Shown one piece after another: positions 30,001 through 43,429 of a stretch of 64,000 bases of DNA (position 1 is the first letter of the stretch; the number at the start of each line of letters is the position of its first letter). A model generated the notes under the pieces. The model had not been told where the DNA came from. It saw only the letters and a program-made list of their open reading frames with translations, and made no database searches. The stretch comes from Bacteroidaceae bacterium (lineage in GTDB: Bacteria > Bacteroidota > Bacteroidia > Bacteroidales > Bacteroidaceae), in the NCBI GenBank assembly GCA_045646965.1, contig JAZRLR010000006.1:234-64233 (forward strand), given 5' to 3'. The position numbers were made by a program, and so were the translations under genes.

Positions 30001-31475
30001 ATAGCCGAAGCGTCGCCGTTATTGGGGAAAGCGTCTGTGATGCGCCAGCGCACGTTGGTCTGTTTTACATAGGGGATGGGCTCGTTCTTCAAAGAATTAG
30101 CCTTGTGGAAGAGGAAGCGACGCTCCCAGTCGGCAAACTCGTCAAACTCTTCGCCGCTGTTGGGAAGCATAGTTCCGCCTTTTTCTATGTAGAGCTTGCC
30201 ACCGCCTATCCAGGCACGCTCGGCGCTTGCAATCACGTTGGCATACATATTGTTTTGCTTCACGATGTCGCTCTCTGTGGGTGTCTTGCGGTCGTTCCAG
30301 TAGGCCGATATGGTTCCTGCAACCTCGCTGTTTCCCTGTTGCACATAGTAGATATTACTGCGGTAGATTCCCACTACATCGGCAAACACGTCGAAGTGGT
30401 TGGTGTAGTTGTATCGGCAGTCGATATTGGGTATGCCGCCGACTTTTGCGCCGCTGCTGCTCCACATCTGTGTCATATCGGCTGTGTTGCTGTTTATTGA
30501 GACGCCGCGTATGGGGTTCCACACAACTACCTTCTTGCCCAGGTTGTGTATGGTGTCGTTCATAATCTGGAGGAAGTTGGGATAGGTGATGCTCTCCTCG
30601 TCGGCACCTATGTGTATGTAGGGTGCGTCGGGGAACACATCTGCCACCTGTGTGAGGGTTGTGAGAAGCACCTGCACGCCCTGGTCTGTCTGCATAGAGA
30701 AGCCCATAGCACGGTCAAAGGCGTCGCTGTGTCCGGGCATATCAATCTCGGGAATTACAATCACACCGCGCTCTTTGGCATAAGCGGCCACATCGCGGCA
30801 CTGCTCCTGTGTGTAGTATTTTCCTGCGAAGCGTGTCATTGTGGAGTCGGCAGTGAGCTGGGGGTAGCCCATAACCTCGAAACGCCACGCCTGATTCTCG
30901 GTAAAGTGCCAGTGGAAACAGTTTACCTTGAAGCGCGACAGCAGGTTGATGTGTTTCTTTAGCTCCTCTACGCTGATAAATGAACGGCCTACGTCGTGCA
31001 TATAACCGCGCAGTTTGAAGGCTGCCCAGTCTTTTATCTGCACTGTCTCGATGGCCTCCGAGCCTTCGGCATATCCTTCGGCGAGCTGTGCGAGTGTCTG
31101 CGCTGCGCGTATCACTCCCGTGGGTGTCACGGCGGTGATATTTATTGCGTCGGCGGTAACGGTGAGTGTGTAGGCCTCGTTTTCAAAGCCCTCGAGCTCG
31201 TAGTCGTATGCTCCCTCGATGCTTTCTACAATCTGCACGTTTACGGGGGCACCGCCGGCTGTTATTTCGCAGCCGTATGTAGTGAATAAATTGCGCAATA
31301 GTGTGCTGCCTGTTGCGTCGCTGATTGTCACGGGACGGTTAAGTGCGAAGGCTGTTCCGCCTGTCTCTGTAACCGAGTGGGGTTTAGGCAGCAGGTGCGT
31401 TACCTTTGCCTGTGTCGCTGCCGGCATAAGAAGTGCCATTGCGGCAACGAGCGTTGCAATTAATTGTTTTCTCAT
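24006..31475 (-). CDS. Giant secreted bifunctional glycosidase: N-terminal GH20 beta-N-acetylhexosaminidase, lectin-like/LamG/discoidin/Listeria-Bacteroides-repeat modules, GH33 sialidase, T9SS-type C-terminal tail
   Basis: 2489-aa uninterrupted ORF with ATG start and signal peptide MRKQLIATLVAAMALLMPAATQA.
- GH20 motifs: HWHFTENQAWRFE, IPEIDMPGHSDAF, YIHIGADEES (D292, E293).
- GH33 motifs: YRIPAI (R1806), Asp boxes TIDDGDTW and SDNFGESW, GSAYSTMTLLPDG (Y2127).
- C-terminus: VYDLFGRKVNTPAKGIFIYKNKKVIF. Confidence 0.85.
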   Translation of the reverse strand: MRKQLIATLVAAMALLMPAATQAKVTHLLPKPHSVTETGGTAFALNRPVTISDATGSTLLRNLFTTYGCEITAGGAPVNVQIVESIEGAYDYELEGFENEAYTLTVTADAINITAVTPTGVIRAAQTLAQLAEGYAEGSEAIETVQIKDWAAFKLRGYMHDVGRSFISVEELKKHINLLSRFKVNCFHWHFTENQAWRFEVMGYPQLTADSTMTRFAGKYYTQEQCRDVAAYAKERGVIVIPEIDMPGHSDAFDRAMGFSMQTDQGVQVLLTTLTQVADVFPDAPYIHIGADEESITYPNFLQIMNDTIHNLGKKVVVWNPIRGVSINSNTADMTQMWSSSGAKVGGIPNIDCRYNYTNHFDVFADVVGIYRSNIYYVQQGNSEVAGTISAYWNDRKTPTESDIVKQNNMYANVIASAERAWIGGGKLYIEKGGTMLPNSGEEFDEFADWERRFLFHKANSLKNEPIPYVKQTNVRWRITDAFPNNGDASAIFPPEEEGKSTSTDLMAESFTHDGVTYYTGMATGAGIYLRHTWGNGIIPTYYGTTNYENRTAYAWTYVYSPTEQEVGAQIEFQNYGRSENDKAPDNGNWDRKGSNIWINGVRVNPPTWTNAGKGIGSEVDLGNENFSAREPITITLKAGWNKVFIKLPYVSANGVRLNKWLFTCVFTDKQGKNAVENLIYSPNQCKDDATEQVAAKISQMKRDRGSYIGTAVGMWPESAAQAVDAKIAEIEATYSATMTADERDEQINALEQVWTAFVATLTNENMNKPVDGHCYRMCTPLRANRYATGNGADAAITGPTEATTKASIWRFESRGDGSYNIVNIADGTYITTSGSPLKCVTATPSAGWTIKKAATNGYVIVVSGSSQFNQQKDGSYQLLNWGSGTNTNDDGCQYRFIDVTDDIAPQPFAKIEQLRDATYPFAIDDETAAKIFSKRNLTIAIDLVTPASLSGRQVLVCAADPTKAPVTSAIGSGASPYVAAGFNGNKLAYITSSRGGDVYSGSTSLNASTSYKVVFVLDKDNNTFSSYINGTLGNTASPGNAFQDFAHIATNEATSENAKIYIGAGVVNSTTSWDTFAGSVRSVQFFDEAFNAAKVSQIEYPATDEDIALNEAVESNANINIYGLQRFYGLVKNAGTGIAGDGQFVCNYPASTSQESGNAYANLIDGNYTTFFHSGYGNTIGEGSHYLQATLNNPAKSWRFYFKKRSQNDNNRPTKITIQGSADGDAWENITVISSGFPTSSSVLDYYSELISTETAYKYLRFTVNTTNNNTVFYTFSEFYILPNNEKVAQTFDAVRAYRTAQSPTAEQATALNSVYKWNKGLTEGSPIEGHEHYIYADTYKDGAFLNRYLYSNGGTLTLGTTLYRNNDNYIWTAAVESDGKYNFANKAGRYLAHKGMSDSKHNFTVAASTRHAGVTLHTAGSNYFVIRNADGGFDQSSVTYDQTNSNYCTDFVFVPIDAYLGSSLTIQSNMTNADAVFSWNGEEFTYSTTFDGGSVTSPALNMVSCNPIYSFVGFFSDEAHSVPVTEISELTADQVIYAKFELAVFSSAFGEKKVRMRMVNDNNYTAGIANQTNFDGAAGTTHPANIQSAREVWYLVGTADGFKLQNEAAGSAYALNVSATTEGTAATMTAVANATTWKLVKKTSGYAIVPSENTNMTLNAYGGKGYNIKLYNAGDTGGWWNFEVLGCLTLNVAVDGTQPLPTNTRIAEVAFSSNGTTGNAILKLGETSKTVYLPLGTFTLTEPWLYRGYTHTGFFKGEETTATDFTNYTFDGDLTITAKYGIDTENKYQYLFWYRKESTNAPYRIPAITVTKSGKVIAISDYRTCGDDIGMGEVDIMFRRSTASYFDWDGISWTEEDYVADGQGGNSNVFNVGFGDAAVVSDRESNKTLVMAVAGKQRFNWATSTSHNSVARIVTIDDGDTWEISDVTGDFLGQEDALFPTAYSLFLTSGRLLQSSYKKEGAEYYRIYGVVVLNDDGNNSYPNYVVYSDNFGESWNILGGIENGMACSAGNETKVEELPNGDLMVSVRRGGGRYFNVFSFTDKANGEGSWNGVASSNFGASDCNGELMRVGNVLLQSIPKRGYQGKDRSNVAIYYKVIEDKKYTSAEIATGWSELIQVSHIGSAYSTMTLLPDGKTIGFLFEEDPDDGTFAYNIVYVPIDLSEVMSDEVKAAAFPAPKSEAFYRLQGRVSGNYMNGANPYDTASGQMSMIADGTTATTIFYLTAQSKLLSYSEGTYTNGTRCIGGIGASNGQTIEFRNAESGNYNYFTLHTDYSGAAKYVYDNGNRVDRNTNYAPNNCDWKVIEVKELPVKVGTTGYSTLYAPVALEIPAEVTAYTAVRNGEYIDLAAIEDGVIPANTAVILKAAQGTHNFAITKSEATIADNVLEGTIEKIATSSLGNPYTLQTDADAENGIVLRRYNGTHINAFKMYMNVSDAAEALFFRFNGTTGIEDITDEAADEESVYDLFGRKVNTPAKGIFIYKNKKVIF
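24009..24134 (-). other. T9SS-type C-terminal sorting tail of the GH20-GH33 protein
   Basis: aa 2448-2489 read TGIEDITDEAADEESVYDLFGRKVNTPAKGIFIYKNKKVIF. This resembles Por_Secre_tail/TIGR04183-type endings (Y-D-L-x-G-R-x-V ... G-I-Y-I ... K-K-V-I). Confidence 0.65.
24996..26108 (-). other. GH33 sialidase (exo-alpha-sialidase) beta-propeller module
   Basis: aa ~1790-2160. It contains the Y-R-I-P motif, two recognisable Asp boxes, ELPNGDLMVSVR, and the nucleophile-type Tyr in GSAYSTM followed by LLPDGKTIGFLFEED. Confidence 0.8.
27621..28103 (-). other. F5/8 type C (discoidin, CBM32-like) module
   Basis: aa ~1125-1285 read NLIDGNYTTFFHSGY...HYLQATLNNPAKSWRFYFKKR...RPTKITIQGSADGDAWENI...YKYLRFTV. 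Confidence 0.6.
28206..28673 (-). other. LamG/concanavalin-like lectin module
   Basis: aa ~935-1090 read LTIAIDLVTPASLSGRQVLVCAAD...YKVVFVLDKDNNTFSSYINGTLG...IYIGAG...FAGSVRSVQFFDEAF. This is a typical laminin-G_3-like pattern. Confidence 0.5.
30096..31037 (-). other. GH20 catalytic (beta/alpha)8 module
   Basis: aa ~147-460 contain RGYMHDVGRSF, HWHFTENQAW, PEIDMPGH and HIGADE (the catalytic D-E pair). Confidence 0.85.
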
Positions 31476-31529
31476 AAAAGTTATGTATTATATTTTTCTC
31501 TTTCTCGCGGTAAGCGGCTTAATATTTCA

Positions 31530-31564
31530 CTGCGGCAGGGTGCTATGCTTGCGCCCTGCCGCAG
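31530..31564 (-). terminator. GC-rich hairpin between the two same-strand glycosidase genes (weak terminator or processing site)
   Basis: Stem CTGCGGCAGGG (31530-31540) / CCCTGCCGCAG (31554-31564), 13-nt loop. No clean T-run follows on the minus strand. Confidence 0.35.
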
Positions 31565-31581
31565 TCTATCTATGTAGTTTC

Positions 31582-34500
31582 TTATTTTACAAGAACTTTC
31601 TCGCCGTTTACGATGTAGAGGCCGGGAGACGAAATGCTCTCCACTTTGTTTCCTCGTATGTCGTAGATGGCGCTGTTGCCGTTGCACTCCTCAACTTCCA
31701 CAATCTCGGTGGGCACCTGCACGTCGCTCTTCTGGAACTCCCAAGTACAAGCTCCCCAGAAGGGCTTTGTGAGTATATAGTTCCACGATGCGGGGTTGGT
31801 GTACCAGCTTGTGCTTCCGCTCTTGTCGATGATGCAGATACCTGTCTTGCCGTCGAGGTTACGCTCCTCGAGGCTCCACGCATACTCCTCGCCAAGTTTT
31901 ATGGCCTGCTCGCCGTTGTGCGCTGTGGGGTAGGCTGCGGTGCCTGTGGCTTTGTTGTAGATGTAGATAGTGCCGTCGTTGTTTTTCACGATGCTCCACA
32001 GCATATAGTCGTTGCTGCTCTTTGCCATAGGAGCCACAATTTCGTTTCCGCTGTTGTAGCCTGCATACTTGCCGAACCACACATTGTAGATGTAATAGTA
32101 GTAATCCTCGCTCATACTCTGCGCGATGCTTGCCTTCTCCATCATTTGGAATGTGTGGTAGAGCGCAACGTATGCGTTGTACTGCGCCTCGCTCACTGCA
32201 CCGCTCTTGAGAGTCTCCTTGGCAGGGGTGATAACACTGTTCTGCAGGTAGTCGAGCGCCTCGGCTGTGTAGGAGTTCATCTCGCCGGGAGTTGTGGTGA
32301 GCAGAATAATCTCGCCCTTCTTTACAAGGCCCTGCAGCTGTGCGGTGAAGTCGTTCACCTCCACAATCTTCCAGGTACCGTTGTAGCAGAGCGCGGCGTT
32401 GTCCTTGGCATATACATCGCCCGATACCTCGGCGCTCAATCGTTTCACGCTGCCTGTCACCTGCTCGCTATAGCCCTCTACCGCCGAAATTGTGACAACT
32501 CCGGGGATATATGTGAAGTTCTGTGTGGCGATGGTCGCTTTGTCTATTCTCACGGGAGTTCCATTCTCCGAGAGTGACACGGTGCTGTTATATGCTCCCA
32601 TTGTGAGCTGCTCGCCGCTGTATGCGTTGGTTATAATGTAGCCGCCGTCGGTTGCGGTGAAGCTCCACAGTTCTTCGGGCTCTGTCTGTGGGGTGTAATG
32701 GAAACGCACGCCGTTGCCTTTCTGATACATTGTAGAGCCCACATACTGACGTTCATATTGTGTAGATGCAGAAACAATCTGATAGTATTTGCCCTCCTGC
32801 GGCATTGTCACGGGAGCGTTCTTATAGTTCTCTATCGCCTCGGCAAGAGCCTCTACATCCTCGCCGTTGCACAGGCTGTAAAGCATCTCAAGAGCGTCGT
32901 AGAGCTCTGCTCCGGGGTAGCCTATGCCGCCGCGCACGCTGCCTGCGAGAATCTCTTTGGCCTCGTTCATAACCTTCTCGGCGTCGCTGTACTTTGTGGG
33001 CTCGATGTAGTGCTTTGCATACTTGTAGTCGAGCAACTCAAATATCTCGTCGTGGCTCTGCAAGCGCTTGTAGAACGAAGTCCAGTTCTTCTGCACTGTG
33101 GGCAACCAGCCAATCTCGGCGAGAGCGAGCAGACGGGGAAGCAACTGATACTCCACCTCGTCGATGTCGTTTGTAGTCTCGGTCCACATATTTCCCTGCA
33201 CACCCAGAGCATAGCTCTCGCGTCCCTGCAAGTTGCTCACGGGGTTGAGGCCGTAAATTTCCTCCAAGGTGTTCACGCCCCAGCCGCCGTTGTAGAGCTC
33301 GTCCACAAAGCGGTTGTTTGCGTCACTCTGCATAAAATCGAGGTAGAGGTGGCTGTAGGGCACAATAATTGATTTCATTCCTCTGTCGGCAGCTGTGGCG
33401 CTGTAGCCTATGCCGTTCCACGCCATAATCACGGGCTTTATTTTGTTATTGTCGTTCCAGTGGCTCAGAAGCTCGTCCCACACCACAATGTCCTTGCCGT
33501 GCTTCTCTTTTACATAGGTTCCGAGTTCCTCTACAAGCCACGACTGCAGCTGGTTCACGCCGTTGAGGCCGAGCTGTTCCACTCTTGCAAGGCACTGCGC
33601 GTTGGTGCTCCACTGTCCCGTGGGGCACTCGTCGCCGCCGAAGTGTATGTACTTGTGGGGGAAGATGGCTGCAAGGTTGTCCATAATGCACTTGAGGAAG
33701 TCGATGACACGGTCGTCACCTATGTTGAGCACGTCGTGCGAGATACCGCCGTCTACGCGCACCTCGTATTTCTTTGAGGGGTCGCAGCTGAACTCGGGGT
33801 AGGCTGTCACGGCTGCCACCATATGTCCGGGGAGGTCTATCTCGGGCATAATCTCGATGTTACGCGCAAGGGCATACGCCACAACCTCTTTCAGGTCTTC
33901 CTGTGAGTACCACATTCCGCGTCCATACTCTGTGTCGTCGTAGAAGTTTTGTCCGTCGCTTGCGTTGCTGAACGAGGCCTTGCGTATAGAACCAACCTCG
34001 GTGAGCTTGGGATATTCGGGTATCTCGATGCGCCATCCCTGGTCGTCGGTGAGGTGCCAATGGAAACGGTTCATCTTGTAGAACGCAAGAATGTCGAGCA
34101 CTTTTTTAACTTCCTCTTTATTAAAGAAGTGGCGTGCGATGTCGAGCATATATCCGCGGTGACCGAGTGTGGGGCGGTCGTTTATATCGAGGTAGGGGAT
34201 GTCCCACTCTGTGCCGCTCTGCAACTTGTCGGCAAAGAAGGCGCGGGGCAGCATCTGCTTCAATGTCTGCAAGGCGTAGAAATATCCTGCAAAGCCCGAA
34301 GCCTTTATCTCGATGCTCTTCTCGCCCACGGTAAGCGTGTAGGCCTCCTCGGGCAGGGTGCTGTCGCTGCCGAACCATATCTCGCCCTCGCAGCAGCTCT
34401 CGCCGGCGCTCTTCATCTGCAGTGCGATGCCCGACACCTTGGCAAGCTGTGTGGCAAACTCGTTGAGGTGTGCCTGCATCTGCGCGTCGTTGCAGGCGAT

Positions 34501-35103
34501 GGCGTTGAGGCTGCTCAATGCGAAGCGTCCCTCCTTTATCACTTCGAGCTGTGTGGGCTGTGGTATGATAGAAATCTTGCCAAGCTCGGCAAATGTAGCT
34601 GCATCGACAAATGTCACGGGGTTATTGGGGTCGTTTGAACTGTTCCACAAACCCACGCCGCGGTTGTCGGTGGGGCCGCCCCACAGGTTCATAGAGATGC
34701 CTGTGTTGCCCTTGGGGTGAATCTCAAATGCACCGTTGAATTCACTGTAGGGTGTGGGGGTGATGAAGAAATCGCACACGCCCTCGCTGCCTGCTGTGGT
34801 GTTGCGCACCTTCTCGTTGAGGCTTGCCGAGTTTACATAGAGTGTGTAACCCTTTTTGTTTGTGAAGCGGTATCCGTCGGTGTCGTTACCTGTGATTTTC
34901 CACTGCTCCTCGTCGCTTCCGGTGGGCATAGCAACCTTCGCTTCGCCTCTGTCGCTTGTCGAAGCGATGGCCTTTCCGCCGTTCATAAACTGTATGATAT
35001 ACCACTTGACGTTGTCGCCGTCACTTACGACGGGAAACCCTTGTGCGCATAGCGATGTGAGCCCTGCGCAAAGTAAAAGAATTGCTGAAAAAAGCTTTTT
35101 CAT
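31582..35103 (-). CDS. Secreted GH20 beta-N-acetylhexosaminidase with three lectin-like modules and a T9SS-type C-terminal tail
   Basis: 1173-aa ORF with signal peptide MKKLFSAILLLCAGLTSLCAQ. GH20 motifs: RGYMLDIARHF, HWHLTDDQGWRIE, MPEIDLPGH, YIHFGGDECP (D491, E492). C-terminus: IYDIRGNKVESISSPGLYIVNGEKVLVK. Confidence 0.9.
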   Translation of the reverse strand: MKKLFSAILLLCAGLTSLCAQGFPVVSDGDNVKWYIIQFMNGGKAIASTSDRGEAKVAMPTGSDEEQWKITGNDTDGYRFTNKKGYTLYVNSASLNEKVRNTTAGSEGVCDFFITPTPYSEFNGAFEIHPKGNTGISMNLWGGPTDNRGVGLWNSSNDPNNPVTFVDAATFAELGKISIIPQPTQLEVIKEGRFALSSLNAIACNDAQMQAHLNEFATQLAKVSGIALQMKSAGESCCEGEIWFGSDSTLPEEAYTLTVGEKSIEIKASGFAGYFYALQTLKQMLPRAFFADKLQSGTEWDIPYLDINDRPTLGHRGYMLDIARHFFNKEEVKKVLDILAFYKMNRFHWHLTDDQGWRIEIPEYPKLTEVGSIRKASFSNASDGQNFYDDTEYGRGMWYSQEDLKEVVAYALARNIEIMPEIDLPGHMVAAVTAYPEFSCDPSKKYEVRVDGGISHDVLNIGDDRVIDFLKCIMDNLAAIFPHKYIHFGGDECPTGQWSTNAQCLARVEQLGLNGVNQLQSWLVEELGTYVKEKHGKDIVVWDELLSHWNDNNKIKPVIMAWNGIGYSATAADRGMKSIIVPYSHLYLDFMQSDANNRFVDELYNGGWGVNTLEEIYGLNPVSNLQGRESYALGVQGNMWTETTNDIDEVEYQLLPRLLALAEIGWLPTVQKNWTSFYKRLQSHDEIFELLDYKYAKHYIEPTKYSDAEKVMNEAKEILAGSVRGGIGYPGAELYDALEMLYSLCNGEDVEALAEAIENYKNAPVTMPQEGKYYQIVSASTQYERQYVGSTMYQKGNGVRFHYTPQTEPEELWSFTATDGGYIITNAYSGEQLTMGAYNSTVSLSENGTPVRIDKATIATQNFTYIPGVVTISAVEGYSEQVTGSVKRLSAEVSGDVYAKDNAALCYNGTWKIVEVNDFTAQLQGLVKKGEIILLTTTPGEMNSYTAEALDYLQNSVITPAKETLKSGAVSEAQYNAYVALYHTFQMMEKASIAQSMSEDYYYYIYNVWFGKYAGYNSGNEIVAPMAKSSNDYMLWSIVKNNDGTIYIYNKATGTAAYPTAHNGEQAIKLGEEYAWSLEERNLDGKTGICIIDKSGSTSWYTNPASWNYILTKPFWGACTWEFQKSDVQVPTEIVEVEECNGNSAIYDIRGNKVESISSPGLYIVNGEKVLVK
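31585..31719 (-). other. T9SS-type C-terminal sorting tail of the GH20 protein
   Basis: aa 1129-1173 read QVPTEIVEVEECNGNSAIYDIRGNKVESISSPGLYIVNGEKVLVK. Confidence 0.65.
33064..34185 (-). other. GH20 catalytic module
   Basis: aa ~307-680. See the motifs listed for the parent CDS. Confidence 0.85.
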
Positions 35104-35234
35104 ACTCTGTATTTATTTAATAGGTTATATTTCTGCTCGATAAAGGTATGAAAAAAGTGTCATATAAGGTTAATTTTTTATTTATTTTTTGTTTTAAAAA
35201 AGATAAAAAAGAGCTGTTAATCAACTAAAATGCC

Positions 35235-35262
35235 TATATTTGATGCAAAAACCTCGAATATA
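35235..35262. promoter_or_regulatory. Back-to-back -7-like boxes in the divergent glycosidase intergenic region
   Basis: TATATTTG lies on the plus strand at 35235-35242. CGAATATA at 35255-35262 reads TATATTCG on the minus strand. Both are in the 264-bp AT-rich spacer between the 1173-aa and 2309-aa genes. Confidence 0.35.
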
Positions 35263-35319
35263 CATTAGCTCGCTGTGAAAATATTCAAGTAAACTTGATA
35301 TTTCTCGCTCGCTTATCTG

Positions 35320-35327
35320 TATATTTG
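35320..35327 (+). promoter_or_regulatory. Candidate -7 box (TATATTTG) for the GH84-GH2 gene
   Basis: Exact TAnnTTTG match 40 nt upstream of the ATG at 35368. It is preceded by the imperfect palindrome ATATTCAAGTAAACTTGATAT (35281-35301). Confidence 0.45.
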
Positions 35328-35355
35328 CAGAATACGAAACCGAGAGAATTTATAA

Positions 35356-42297
<6,942 letters not shown>

Positions 42298-42321
42298 ATC
42301 CTTTTGCAGGTAAGATAAGAA

Positions 42322-42355
42322 ATAGGCACCCCGCGCGGGGTGCCTATTTTGTTTT
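42322..42355. terminator. Bidirectional terminator between convergent genes
   Basis: Perfect 26-nt palindrome ATAGGCACCCCGCGCGGGGTGCCTAT (42322-42347), followed by TTTTGTTTT. The other strand also has a T-rich tail. Confidence 0.85.
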
Positions 42356-42373
42356 ATATATGTGTGCTTTCGG

Positions 42374-43252
42374 TTACAGGTAGTGCGAGGAGCGTTTCCT
42401 GTTTATGCGGCGGTATTTTATGACGCTCGGGGCCTTTGCAAGCAGCTTGCCCATAATGCGCAGGTAGTCGATGCTCTGTCGGCGGGGTAGCGCGGCGATG
42501 CTCTTCTTTGCCACGGCTGCAATGCCGTAGGCCGCAGCCTTGAGCAGTGAGTGTCTCACATTGGCACACTCGGCAAGGTGGTAGATGTATTCGGCACGCA
42601 TAAACCTCTCGTAGCCGCCGGGGCGGTCGTCGCGGTCGTGGTGTGCAAACGACTGTGGGCAGTAGCCTATCTTGTAGCCGTGGAAAAGGAGTCGGTTCGC
42701 AAAATCCACATCCTCGCCGTAGTGGTAGAAGAGCGGGCAGAAACCTCCTATGCTCTGGAGCAGGGAGGTGGGAATGAACCAAAAGGCGGCGTTCACAAAA
42801 TTTGTGTTTACAAGGGCACACTCGGGCAGTTGTGCACACTCCTTTATCCCTGTGTAGTGCGAGAAGCCTCTGTCGGGGCGGTCGCCCTTGCCTGTCAGGT
42901 GCACGGGCGAAATAATTCCATATTCGGGGTGCTCCCTGCACTCCTTTGCGAGGCGGGCTATGGTGTCGGGCTTTATCCAAGCGTCCTGGTTCATAAGAAA
43001 TACCGCGTCGTAGCCCTCGGCAAGGGCTATCTCAAGCCCTTGGTTGTTTGCCTTGCCGAAGCCTCGGTTCTCGCTGTTTGCAATGAGGCGCACTTCGGGG
43101 TACTCGCGCTTTATGCGCTCCACGGTACTGTCGTGTGAGCAATTATCTATGACTACGGTGTCTATGGGGTGCTGCGACTCTCGCAGGCTGCCGAGACATC
43201 TCTCTATCCACCGCTCGAAATTGTACGATACTATAATGACAAGTGTTTTCAT
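42374..43252 (-). CDS. Family 2 glycosyltransferase (rhamnosyltransferase-like)
   Basis: The listed ORF runs 42374-43315. It is trimmed to the ATG at 43252 (MKTLVIIVSYNFERWIERCLGSL...VVIDNCSHD...NRGFGKANNQG...NQDAW). This is the GT2 DXD-type N-terminal Rossmann pattern. Confidence 0.8.
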   Translation of the reverse strand: MKTLVIIVSYNFERWIERCLGSLRESQHPIDTVVIDNCSHDSTVERIKREYPEVRLIANSENRGFGKANNQGLEIALAEGYDAVFLMNQDAWIKPDTIARLAKECREHPEYGIISPVHLTGKGDRPDRGFSHYTGIKECAQLPECALVNTNFVNAAFWFIPTSLLQSIGGFCPLFYHYGEDVDFANRLLFHGYKIGYCPQSFAHHDRDDRPGGYERFMRAEYIYHLAECANVRHSLLKAAAYGIAAVAKKSIAALPRRQSIDYLRIMGKLLAKAPSVIKYRRINRKRSSHYL

Positions 43253-43429
43253 CTCTTTGGAATGTGAGTGCAATATTAGAACAAAAAAATATTTTACACA
43301 AATGCCGCGCCGCAAAGCTTGCTCTCTTTATCCTCTCAATGCCCGATAAATGGCTACACAGCAGTTGTATATAAATACTTTTTATTAATTTTGCGCGATT
43401 TCTTATCGGAATTTAAATTTTATAGATAT

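Noticed and set aside
42354-42980. 208-aa Arg/Pro-rich minus-strand ORF overlapping the GT2 gene in another frame.
   Set aside because: It is an out-of-frame overlap with a gene that has clear GT2 motifs. Its extreme Arg/Pro composition is typical of an alternative frame of GC-rich coding DNA.
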